A stretch of 54,157 nucleotides of DNA, from assembly GCA_903851045.1 (NCBI GenBank), contig CAINNF010000020.1:1-54157 (forward strand). The letters run 5' to 3'. Positions 9,086-16,504 of the stretch are shown one piece after another (the first letter of the stretch is position 1; each line of letters begins with the position of its first letter). The notes below the pieces were generated by a model. It made no database searches and was not told the DNA's origin. It saw only the letters and a program-made list of their open reading frames with translations. The translations under genes were made by a program, and so were the position numbers. This DNA comes from Candidatus Adlerbacteria bacterium (GTDB lineage Bacteria; Patescibacteriota; Minisyncoccia; Phycocordibacterales; SBAW01).

Positions 9086-9118
9086 CCCGCCGAAGCTCGC
9101 GTAGCGAGCGAAGGCGGG
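9086..9118. repeat. Palindromic element overlapping the tRNA-Ile 5' end
   Basis: cccgccgaagctcgcgtagcgagcgaaggcggg; its right arm includes tRNA nt 1-5. Confidence 0.7.
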
Positions 9119-9186
9119 CATAGCTCAGCTGGTAGAGCATTCGACTGATACTCGAAAGGTCCTAGGTTCGATCCCTAGTGCCCGCA
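9114..9186 (+). tRNA. tRNA-Ile(GAT)
   Basis: Acceptor GCGGGCA/TGCCCGC, D arm GCTC/GAGC, anticodon arm TTCGA-CTGATAC-TCGAA, T arm CTAGG-TTCGATC-CCTAG. CCA not encoded. Confidence 0.95.
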
Positions 9187-9202
9187 CAGAAACATACAGA
9201 TT

Positions 9203-9808
9203 GTGGCCCAAATCACAGAACAAAGCATAAAAGCCTCAAAGGATGCTTGTAACGAAATTCTTGGTAGGTTGAAGCTTATTGAAGACGCAATAATGCTTTT
9301 TCACTTTTTAGGTCATGAGCTTGATAGGAAGATAAGAGAGGCTCATAAACATGATCTACCTTTACAGGAAGAGAGATTGAGATATATTGTGACCTCGTAT
9401 GCATTTATTCAAACAGCGGCAATTTTGGATTGTAATGGAATGTTCTCTTTGCATGTTCGAAAAGACAAGGGTGAATATTGTCTCTCTAAATCAAATTTTT
9501 CAAAACTATTTCCGGTCTTGGACGAGGAAACAAAAAATGAAGTCTTAGAGAAGACGAACTTAGTACTTCAGAAGCATAAAAGGACTATCGAGACAGTCTT
9601 TAAGACAAGACACGAGAAGATAGCTCATATTGGCAGGATTACTTACAAACTAGGCAAAACAGAAGATTATTCGTGGTATATACCGAGTAGTTTAATTCCA
9701 ACTTCCTTTAGATATAAGAGGTTGCTGGAACTAAGTCGCGATCTGGATGATGCTTTATGTTGGCCGATAGGCTCTTACCTTGATCGATTTTTTGGTAATA
9801 TAGTATGA
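9203..9808 (+). CDS. Putative HEPN (AbiU2-like) protein
   Basis: Helical, AT-rich ORF directly after the tRNA with RHEKIAH (Rx4-6H) motif. Confidence 0.55.
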   Translation: MAQITEQSIKASKDACNEILGRLKLIEDAIMLFHFLGHELDRKIREAHKHDLPLQEERLRYIVTSYAFIQTAAILDCNGMFSLHVRKDKGEYCLSKSNFSKLFPVLDEETKNEVLEKTNLVLQKHKRTIETVFKTRHEKIAHIGRITYKLGKTEDYSWYIPSSLIPTSFRYKRLLELSRDLDDALCWPIGSYLDRFFGNIV

Positions 9809-9820
9809 CATACCGAATGG

Positions 9821-9845
9821 GAAAAAGGTGTCAGGAACCTTTTTC
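9821..9845. repeat. Palindromic element gaaaaaggt-gtcagga-acctttttc
   Basis: Perfect 9-bp inverted repeat; partial second copy tgtcaggaacctttt at 11510-11524. Confidence 0.6.
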
Positions 9846-9921
9846 TAAAAAAAACAGTCGAGGCACAAAAAAACGCTAGCAGACATCTATCGAGAAAAAG
9901 AGAATGTACTATAATGCGGAC

Positions 9922-10101
9922 ATGGACGTCGGAGACCTAAAAAATGTCGTGTGGCGAGAGGGGGCGTACTTCGTCGCACAGTCATTAGACGTCGAAGTGT
10001 CGAGCTTTGGAAACACTCGTGCCGAGGCGCTCTCGAACCTCCGCGAAGCCCTTGAACTATATTTCGAGGACGCTCCGGGCGAGCTTGTTCTCAAGCTCTA
10101 A
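9922..10101 (+). CDS. HicB-family antitoxin, orphan and possibly truncated
   Basis: VVWREGAYFVAQSLDVEVSSFGNTRAEALSNLREALELYFED; TATAAT 6 nt before ATG 9922; no adjacent hicA. Confidence 0.75.
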   Translation: MDVGDLKNVVWREGAYFVAQSLDVEVSSFGNTRAEALSNLREALELYFEDAPGELVLKL

Positions 10102-10131
10102 CTCTGTCGTTAGATAAAGTGGATTGGTTGG

Positions 10132-10167
10132 TTTCATTCCAACATTCTCAAGAATATGAGAATGAAA
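10132..10167. repeat. Palindromic element
   Basis: tttcattccaacattc-tcaa-gaatatgagaatgaaa imperfect inverted repeat. Confidence 0.55.
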
Positions 10168-10252
10168 GATCTCGATAGAACCCCAAAGACCGCTCCAAAT
10201 CCGCCACCGTCAAATGCATATGCCCAATAGTCGTCTCCGGATGCGCTTTCAT
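10148..10252 (-). pseudogene. 5' fragment of a VOC/glyoxalase (CatE-like) gene
   Basis: MKAHPETTIGHMHLTVADLERSLGFYRDL, then runs into the palindrome and stops. CATACT lies 6 nt upstream of the ATG. Confidence 0.75.
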
Positions 10253-10332
10253 TTGTGCAGTATGGCAGATGGGGGTTACAAAAAGATTTACCGGAACCGT
10301 TACTCTTTATTCGATCAAACAGAGAGGCCCAT

Positions 10333-10824
10333 TTAGTTCTTGAGCTTTTCTATTTTTTTCTTTATCTCATAAGGCTCATCTACTGCCTCCAAAAGCATGT
10401 CGTGTTGGCGTAATAGACCAAAACCGCCAGCACCAGCAGTCTTAATGACTACATTCCCTGTTTGGGTGTGTTTGTGCATCATGAAGAACGATTCCGAAGC
10501 TGATAACTCAACAATGCTACTGTATGGAATACTGGTTGAAGTTGTGGATAGCCACCCAGTATGAATGAGAATGCGTTTGTTAGTGAGTGCGTAGGCACGC
10601 GATCGAGGTAAGTAAACGCGGTAGAAGAAATATATCAACCCACTAATCAGGGCTAGAAATGGGATACCAAAAAAAGGAAAGAACAGAGTCCAAGAAAACA
10701 GCAGAACCAAGACAATAAGTTGCCACTTAAAGCAGAATTTGCAATACCTTTCACTTATCGAAAACTCAAACTTTATATCTTCTCCCTCATTTAGGGTGCG
10801 TTTCCATATTTCTTCGTATTTCAT
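10333..10824 (-). CDS. Membrane protein with bacterial PH domain
   Basis: Two TM helices then YALTNKRILIHTGWLS...SIPYSSI...GNVVIKTAG. Confidence 0.8.
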   Translation of the reverse strand: MKYEEIWKRTLNEGEDIKFEFSISERYCKFCFKWQLIVLVLLFSWTLFFPFFGIPFLALISGLIYFFYRVYLPRSRAYALTNKRILIHTGWLSTTSTSIPYSSIVELSASESFFMMHKHTQTGNVVIKTAGAGGFGLLRQHDMLLEAVDEPYEIKKKIEKLKN

Positions 10825-10944
10825 AAAAAATCTGAGGGGATTATTAAGTTTCCTTTAATGAATAGAGTTTACTGTCTGAACATGGTTTCGTCTATATAAA
10901 AAGGTATACCAGTTTTCCTTCTCTCCGCTTTTTATGACAAGTAG

Positions 10945-11472
10945 ATGACCTCGGTTAGAATACTACTGATGCTACACACTAGACAGGTAATGGTATATTT
11001 TGTGCGCCGCATTGACGCTAATGAACAAAGCGCCGAATTTTGGCATGGGTTGATGCAACGATTTGATTTAGAACATATAATACTTTTTGACACATATTTC
11101 AGGCAAGATTTCAGAGAGACGTTGTGGAGTATTCTTTATCGTCTCACTGGGTGGCAACTAACAGGAGAAAAACGGCAAGCGATTTGCAGTAAACGAAATA
11201 CTAAACGCTGGAGAGAAGTACAATATCTTATAGACAAGTGTATAGAGCATGGGTATTTAACAGTTGCACTTAAAGACGTGCAACCTTATCGCTCAAAACT
11301 ACAATGCACCAATAAAGGGCGTTCTATCCTGAGCTGGATAAATTTTGCAAACGAGCTTCTAAAGGAATATAACCCTCTTGTCACGTTCCTCCTGGGTGTT
11401 ATCGGTTGTGCAATTTTTATCCAGCTCATTGAACTTCTGTCTAACAAAGTGTTACAGTGGCTGCATATTTGA
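10945..11472 (+). CDS. Hypothetical protein with C-terminal TM helix
   Basis: AT-rich ORF with a possible winged-helix-like core (GYL...TNKGR) and a hydrophobic C-terminus. Start uncertain. Confidence 0.55.
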   Translation: MTSVRILLMLHTRQVMVYFVRRIDANEQSAEFWHGLMQRFDLEHIILFDTYFRQDFRETLWSILYRLTGWQLTGEKRQAICSKRNTKRWREVQYLIDKCIEHGYLTVALKDVQPYRSKLQCTNKGRSILSWINFANELLKEYNPLVTFLLGVIGCAIFIQLIELLSNKVLQWLHI

Positions 11473-11604
11473 GTGGTTAGATGTCAGACAATGTTGTGTA
11501 GGAATTAGATGTCAGGAACCTTTTATCAAGCTCACTTTTTCTGAGTTGAAAACTTTTTTGGTGGTGGTAGGCTGGCAGCCAATTACCAGACAAGCCATAG
11601 GCAT

Positions 11605-12042
11605 ATGGAAAAGGATTTTGATGCGTGGAATAAGGAAAAGAAGGTGGTGGACCAGAGGATTACGAATCGGGACCTATTTTTCTATGCTCGGGAAGTGTGG
11701 TGGTGTAGCGCGAGGCTAAACGTTGGCGTTGAGGCGGACGGCAAGCATGATAACTTCGAGCGTCCCATGCTCATAGTGAAAAAGTTCAATGCCGATATGA
11801 TATGGGTGTTGCCGCTCACTTCGACCGAAAAACACAATAAGTACTATTTTAAGTTAACGCACGAGTCCCTGCAGGCATGGGTGGTCCTATCTCAGATAAA
11901 GACCATAAGCACCAAAAGACTGTTGCGAAAAATGGTGACCGTATCAGAGTCCGATTTCGCGGAGATTATACAGCGGGTGAGAGATGCCCTAAAAATCGAA
12001 AGTCCCCGCTCGGGGGACTTTCTCGGAGGCCGAAGCCACTAA
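11605..12042 (+). CDS. PemK/MazF-family endoribonuclease toxin
   Basis: EVWWCSARLNVGVEADGK...ERPMLIVKK...VLPLTS...SQIKTISTKRL. Confidence 0.88.
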   Translation: MEKDFDAWNKEKKVVDQRITNRDLFFYAREVWWCSARLNVGVEADGKHDNFERPMLIVKKFNADMIWVLPLTSTEKHNKYYFKLTHESLQAWVVLSQIKTISTKRLLRKMVTVSESDFAEIIQRVRDALKIESPRSGDFLGGRSH

Positions 12043-12043
12043 T
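11991..12043 (-). ncRNA. Predicted ~50-nt antisense sRNA overlapping the pemK 3' end
   Basis: Lies between a consensus promoter (12050-12078) and a terminator (10-bp stem 11998-12022 followed by GATTTTT); contains a ggcUUCGgcc tetraloop hairpin. Confidence 0.6.
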
Positions 12044-12049
12044 ATGCAA

Positions 12050-12078
12050 AGTGTAGTAGAGCGGGGAAATGAAGTCAA
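12050..12078 (-). promoter_or_regulatory. Sigma70 promoter firing antisense into pemK
   Basis: Minus strand TTGACT (12078-12073), 17 nt, TACACT (12055-12050). Confidence 0.7.
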
Positions 12079-12126
12079 GTTGAGGGCTATCTATCGCAAA
12101 ATAGGGAATGTGGTATACTGCTTTAC

Positions 12127-12486
12127 ATGAATAAGACCCAGGACATAGCGGGTTTTAGGGAGAAGTTGCCAGCCCGGGTGGTTATCAATGTCGAGAATAC
12201 CGACGATGGTTTGTGGGCGAAGGTGTCGACACCTGATGGCACACTCTCGAATTGTTATGCGCAGGCGGCGAATGCGGTCGAGTTAGTGACCATGGTGAAC
12301 GACGCGATTTTCACCCATTTTGAAGTGCCCGAAGATGTGCGCAGCTGCATCGGCTACTATGTACCGTTGTCGGACGCGCATGTCCAGTGGGAAGAGATGT
12401 TTAACAAGCTGGTGTCTATGGAGAAGCAACTTGACCTCCAAGGTGATAGTGAGACAACTTTAACTTTAAAGAAAACTGTCTGCTAA
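12127..12486 (+). CDS. HicB-like antitoxin
   Basis: DDGLWAKV...NCYAQAANAVELVTMVNDAIFTHF resembles the HicB N-terminal fold; adjacent to a HicA-like gene. Confidence 0.6.
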   Translation: MNKTQDIAGFREKLPARVVINVENTDDGLWAKVSTPDGTLSNCYAQAANAVELVTMVNDAIFTHFEVPEDVRSCIGYYVPLSDAHVQWEEMFNKLVSMEKQLDLQGDSETTLTLKKTVC

Positions 12487-12498
12487 CACTGCGTATCC

Positions 12499-12765
12499 AT
12501 GGCAAAACCGAAAGGAGGAAAGCCAAAACTCGCTGCTTGTACTCCAGACGACGTGTTCGGTGCGCTTCGCAAGTTGGGCGGATTCTCTACAACGTTTGAG
12601 AGTGCGAAACACACTAAGGTCACTCACATGGCTACGGGTCATGCGGCCACCATTCCTCGCCACTCTCCGGTCAACAGAGGACTTCTAAAAGATTTTGTTG
12701 AAGATTATTTGGTCGGCAAGTGCGGTCTCAGTGAGAGTGAAATTTACAAACACCTTTGGTGTTAA
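12499..12765 (+). CDS. HicA-like toxin
   Basis: ALRKLGGF...AKHTKVTH...ATIPRH...RGLL dsRBD-like HicA pattern. Confidence 0.75.
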   Translation: MAKPKGGKPKLAACTPDDVFGALRKLGGFSTTFESAKHTKVTHMATGHAATIPRHSPVNRGLLKDFVEDYLVGKCGLSESEIYKHLWC

Positions 12766-12771
12766 TCAGTT

Positions 12772-13230
12772 ATGTCCGAACAAGCTCTCTTTGGCACGAA
12801 GCAGGGTGGGGTCGAGTATATCGAGCGGCATGGGGCGTATGGGGTCGCTATACGAGGAGATACCGTGTTGATCGAGATGGCGCGGCTCGGCTACTTTCTA
12901 CCTGGTGGGGGAGTTGATGCGGATGAGACGATCGAACATGCGTTGCATCGGGAATTTGCAGAAGAGACCGGATACGAGATCGGTTCTACGCAGGAGATCG
13001 GTATGGCGGTTGAGTATCAGAATGATCTGTATAAAGGCGAGCCTATGTATGTAAAGAGGATCGGGCATTTTTATCTCGTGGAGCTGGGTGACAAGAACGA
13101 GCCGACCTACGCGGACGGGCACATGTACCCGGTCGAGTGGGTGTCCGTGTCGGGGGTGGAAGAAAAAATGTATCTACGGTCGCAGTGGTGGGCGATCGAG
13201 GAGGCGATACGTATGTCGCGTATTGGTTAG
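12772..13230 (+). CDS. NUDIX hydrolase
   Basis: LPGGGVDADETIEHALHREFAEETG Nudix box. Confidence 0.92.
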   Translation: MSEQALFGTKQGGVEYIERHGAYGVAIRGDTVLIEMARLGYFLPGGGVDADETIEHALHREFAEETGYEIGSTQEIGMAVEYQNDLYKGEPMYVKRIGHFYLVELGDKNEPTYADGHMYPVEWVSVSGVEEKMYLRSQWWAIEEAIRMSRIG

Positions 13231-13248
13231 TTTTGTTAGGATACGTGT

Positions 13249-13370
13249 ATGGAAGAACACTTTATCGGCAAGATTGCGCAAAAGGCGATCATTGAGCGAG
13301 ACGGGAAGGTGCTCATTACGCGAGACGCTCGTGATAGTGATTAGTGGGAATCGCCTGGGGTCGTCTGAAC
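13249..13370 (+). pseudogene. Degraded NUDIX hydrolase fragment
   Basis: MEEHFIGKIAQKAIIERDGKVLITRDARDSD*WESPG, then a frameshift restores GRLN. TAG at 13342. Confidence 0.7.
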
Positions 13371-13400
13371 AGTGTAGTGAGTCGCGCTGACACTTCACCA

Positions 13401-13429
13401 TTGCGTTTTTTTGGGTGCCTTGGTATAGT
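13401..13429 (+). promoter_or_regulatory. Sigma70 promoter with extended -10
   Basis: TTGCGT-17 nt-(TG)TATAGT, 6 nt before ATG 13436. Confidence 0.7.
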
Positions 13430-13435
13430 CCACGT

Positions 13436-13516
13436 ATGGACGCAACCCGCGCACATCACCACGGCATGATGGCACTTCTCCTTCGAACGAGGAGCGGGTT
13501 TTTTGTGTCCGTGTAA
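13436..13516 (+). CDS. Putative attenuator leader peptide MDATRAHHHGMMALLLRTRSGFFVSV
   Basis: 26-codon ORF at the predicted transcription start; overlaps the antiterminator strand. Confidence 0.6.
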   Translation: MDATRAHHHGMMALLLRTRSGFFVSV

Positions 13517-13582
13517 ACCACATCCACGAACACAAGCGCGAAAACCCGCTCCTCGTCTGAGGAGCGGGTTTTCTCTTTATTT
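13487..13582 (+). promoter_or_regulatory. Terminator/antiterminator switch
   Basis: Terminator 13540-13554/13559-13573 (15 bp) followed by TCTTTATTT. Alternative 16-bp helix 13487-13502/13541-13556. Confidence 0.8.
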
Positions 13583-13600
13583 CGATTCCCGACAGCATCT

Positions 13601-14023
13601 ATGAACATCATCTTCGACTTCAACAGGACCATATACGACCCGGATACGAGCACGTTGGTGCCGGGAGTGTTGGATGTGCTTACGACATTCATCGCTCGTG
13701 GTGCGGTACTCCATCTTGTCTCTCGACGTGAGCCTGGTCGCGAGGTCCTGCTCGACGATCTCGGTATCACCCAGTTCTTTCGCAGTACGTCCTTTGCGAA
13801 CGAAAAGGAGGTTGCGATACGGCAGATAATCGAGGCGAGCGAGGGGGTGGTGTATGTCGTCGGTGACCATCTCCACGACGAGATACGCATCGGCAATCGG
13901 CAGGGTGCCCGCACCGTGTGGTTCAAGAGAGGGAAGTTCGCGGGGTTGGTGCCGGAAGGGTCAGTGGATATACCGTGGCGCACGATAGAACGGATGGAGG
14001 ACCTTGTGGAACATATCGCTTGA
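13601..14023 (+). CDS. HAD-family hydrolase
   Basis: IIFDFNRTI, LVSR and VVGDHLHDEI motifs. Confidence 0.85.
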   Translation: MNIIFDFNRTIYDPDTSTLVPGVLDVLTTFIARGAVLHLVSRREPGREVLLDDLGITQFFRSTSFANEKEVAIRQIIEASEGVVYVVGDHLHDEIRIGNRQGARTVWFKRGKFAGLVPEGSVDIPWRTIERMEDLVEHIA

Positions 14024-14028
14024 TCGTT

Positions 14029-14064
14029 GCCTTGCTGGCGGAGTCTAGAAACCGCCAGCAAGGC
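14029..14064. other. 13-bp intergenic hairpin without U tract
   Basis: gccttgctggcgg ... ccgccagcaaggc. Confidence 0.6.
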
Positions 14065-14115
14065 GTCTGTCAGGACGCCGAAGTTCTTTCCACAACACCT
14101 TCGAGGGGGTAACCA

Positions 14116-15360
14116 ATGGACACCTTGAGTGCGGTATCTGCACAAGTGGTCGACCTGGGGTTCGACCGCGCACATCTCGAGTTCTACCTCGCGCGGTGCG
14201 GCTACTGGGGCGATGCGTCGCGTCGGAAGCGTCATGACTACGTGTTGTCGCCGTCCGTGTACGTACTGTCGGCACAGCAAGAGGCACAGGTCGAGCGTCT
14301 CGCCAAGGCGACGTATGCTGCGGTGCGTACGCTCAACCAAAAGCTGTGTGCATCGGCACGCAAGCCGTACCCTTCGTCGCACGAAGAGGCACTGCTGCTT
14401 CGTTTTGCGAACAGTGCCTCGCGTGGGCTGCTGCGCCCGCATGACGGGGAGGCCGACATCCCGCCGGTGTTCAAGGTCGACCTGGTGCAGGATGCGCTCG
14501 GTCGATTCTTCATCGTCGAGGCGGATGTCTATAATCCGCGCGGCTATGGATACGCTGCGATGCTCGAAGAGAGTATCAGCAAAGTATCGTATGCTCGGCG
14601 GTTCCCAGGTATCGAAGGACTGCGGCAGCTCTTGTACTCCAGCGGTGTGCGGGATCAACCGCTCTACGTGCTCGTGTCCGAGTACGAGCGCTACTATGAG
14701 ACCATGTTCGGTATCCTCTGCGAGGCTCTGTCGCGGCGGGGTATGGACGCGCGATTGATCCGTGACCGAGACCTGGTGGGTCGTTCGATCGATCTGGACG
14801 GTTCGTTGTTCGCGCTGCCGGATACGCTCGACAAGTTCCCAGAGGTCCGTGGGGCTTTGCTGGGGCAGTACCGGCGGGGCGCATTGCGGACGGTATATCC
14901 GGTGGTTTCGTACCTGGGGTCGAAAGCGTTCTTGCCGTTCTTGCGCGAGCAGGATGGTATGGACGAGTTCATCCCACCGACCACGCTGGTGTCGAAAAAG
15001 CACAACGGTTGGATACCGATGTGCGGGTCTGGTCGCCCACTCGTACTCAAGGCACATGTGTCCGCTGGCATGAAGGGGGTGCTCTTCTCCGATCTTGACC
15101 CGCAGGCGTTCGATGACCGTCTTGCACAAGCTCGGTCGGTCAGGGACCCTTCGTGGATCTTGCAGGAGCAAGTACCGCAGGTCGCGACTCCAGTCGTCGT
15201 ATTCGACGAGCAAGGTAACCGTCGGATCGACGACTACTACCTGCGGCTCGTCGCGTTCGTGACCGCAGACGGGGTGCTCGACATCGAGGTGACCGGTCGG
15301 CCCGACCGCAAGGTGCACGGTGCGCCGGACTGCATACAACTGCCCGTCGTCCTTTCTTGA
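14116..15360 (+). CDS. Circularly permuted ATP-grasp (glutathionylspermidine synthase-like) ligase
   Basis: KVDL...FFIVEADVYNPRG, LGSKAFL, LVLKAHVSAGMKGV and WILQEQV motifs in the permuted order. Confidence 0.7.
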   Translation: MDTLSAVSAQVVDLGFDRAHLEFYLARCGYWGDASRRKRHDYVLSPSVYVLSAQQEAQVERLAKATYAAVRTLNQKLCASARKPYPSSHEEALLLRFANSASRGLLRPHDGEADIPPVFKVDLVQDALGRFFIVEADVYNPRGYGYAAMLEESISKVSYARRFPGIEGLRQLLYSSGVRDQPLYVLVSEYERYYETMFGILCEALSRRGMDARLIRDRDLVGRSIDLDGSLFALPDTLDKFPEVRGALLGQYRRGALRTVYPVVSYLGSKAFLPFLREQDGMDEFIPPTTLVSKKHNGWIPMCGSGRPLVLKAHVSAGMKGVLFSDLDPQAFDDRLAQARSVRDPSWILQEQVPQVATPVVVFDEQGNRRIDDYYLRLVAFVTADGVLDIEVTGRPDRKVHGAPDCIQLPVVLS

Positions 15361-15373
15361 ACAGTACGGCAAC

Positions 15374-15408
15374 ACCCTCGAACAGCGATGTTCGAGGGTT
15401 TCTTTTTT
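15374..15408 (+). terminator. Intrinsic terminator
   Basis: accctcgaaca-gcga-tgttcgagggt followed by ttctttttt. Confidence 0.85.
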
Positions 15409-15445
15409 ATATGTATACTTTGATGAGGGACATCCATCTTCCATC

Positions 15446-16054
15446 ATGAAACCGATCCTTTTTATCGACTTCGACGGCACTATTTGTTTCGACCGATTTT
15501 GGAGGAGCCTCGGGCCGGTCGAGTATGACAAACTTCAGTCAGCGCTCTTCCAACAGAACAAGGAAATGGCGGACGGGTGGATGCGGGGCGTGTACACGTC
15601 CGAACAGATCAACCTCTTTTTGGCGGACATATTGGACATACCCTACGACCTCCTGTGGCAGGTGTTCGTCGAAGATGCGCAAACCATGTCCGTCTCTGGT
15701 GAGTTGTTGGTGCAGATCGATTCGTTTCGCGATCGGTACCACACGGTGCTGACGACGGTCAACATGGACAGTCTCGACCGCTTCACGGTTCCCGCGCTCG
15801 ATCTCGGTCGGTACTTCGACCGCATCGTCAATTCGTACGATGACGGCCGTTTCAAATCCGATCATGGCGGCACGTTGTTTTTGGACATCGCGAGCGAACT
15901 TGAGGCGCCGATTCAAGCGTCGTATCTGTTCGATGATTCGCAGACGAACTGCGAGGTCTTCACGAAGCTTGGTGGGACTGCGTGTCGGGTCGACAAAGAT
16001 AATCCTGTTGCAGCATACCTACAGTCGCTCGTTCGTACTCCCGAGACCTGCTAG
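15446..16054 (+). CDS. HAD-family hydrolase
   Basis: MKPILFIDFDGT, K motif and LFDDS. Start placed at ATG 15446. Confidence 0.85.
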   Translation: MKPILFIDFDGTICFDRFWRSLGPVEYDKLQSALFQQNKEMADGWMRGVYTSEQINLFLADILDIPYDLLWQVFVEDAQTMSVSGELLVQIDSFRDRYHTVLTTVNMDSLDRFTVPALDLGRYFDRIVNSYDDGRFKSDHGGTLFLDIASELEAPIQASYLFDDSQTNCEVFTKLGGTACRVDKDNPVAAYLQSLVRTPETC

Positions 16055-16069
16055 TGGTACACTACTCTT

Positions 16070-16477
16070 ATGGACGACATGCCGACAACTGAAGAAGGGT
16101 GGAAGGAGAAGTTGACGCCCGAGCAGTATGCTATTTTGCGCGAGAAGGGGACGGAGGCACCCTTCTCAGGCAAGCTGGGTGCGCCGGGGCCGGATGGTCG
16201 GTACACTTGTGCTGCATGTGGCAACCCGCTCTTTGCGGCTGATGCGAAGTTCGAGTCCGGTACCGGCTGGCCAAGCTTTGACCAGGCGCTCCCGGGCGCG
16301 GTGAAGCTCATTCCCGACACCTCTCATGGCCAGCCGTCGCTGAAGCTATGGCCGGCAAGCATGTCTCGCACCGAGGTCGTCTGCTCTCGCTGCGGCTCGC
16401 ACCTCGGCCACGTCTTCGACGATGGTCCGACCGACACCGGCAAACGATACTGTCTCAACTCGATGTGTTTGTCGTAA
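16070..16477 (+). CDS. msrB: Methionine-R-sulfoxide reductase with a 10-aa insertion
   Basis: LTPEQYAILREKGTE, CAAC, KFESGTGWPSF, CSRCGSHLGHVF and RYCLNS. Confidence 0.95.
   Translation: MDDMPTTEEGWKEKLTPEQYAILREKGTEAPFSGKLGAPGPDGRYTCAACGNPLFAADAKFESGTGWPSFDQALPGAVKLIPDTSHGQPSLKLWPASMSRTEVVCSRCGSHLGHVFDDGPTDTGKRYCLNSMCLS
16329..16360. repeat. Palindromic element inserted in frame in msrB
   Basis: gccagccgtcgctgaagctatggccggcaagc, 29/32 identical to 6337-6368. Confidence 0.85.
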
Positions 16478-16504
16478 GAGCCGTACGAGACTACAATATG
16501 CTAC

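Noticed and set aside
13342..13344. Stop-codon reassignment suggested by an in-frame TAG
   Set aside because: The same fragment also has a frameshift and truncation; TAG and TGA end many intact genes.
13905..13914. GTGCCCGCAC matching the tRNA-Ile 3' end as a possible attR
   Set aside because: Only 10 nt, inside an intact CDS, and no integrase is present.
13456..15531. 691-aa minus-strand ORF
   Set aside because: Antisense shadow of the well-supported HAD and ATP-grasp genes; Arg-rich with no recognisable motifs.
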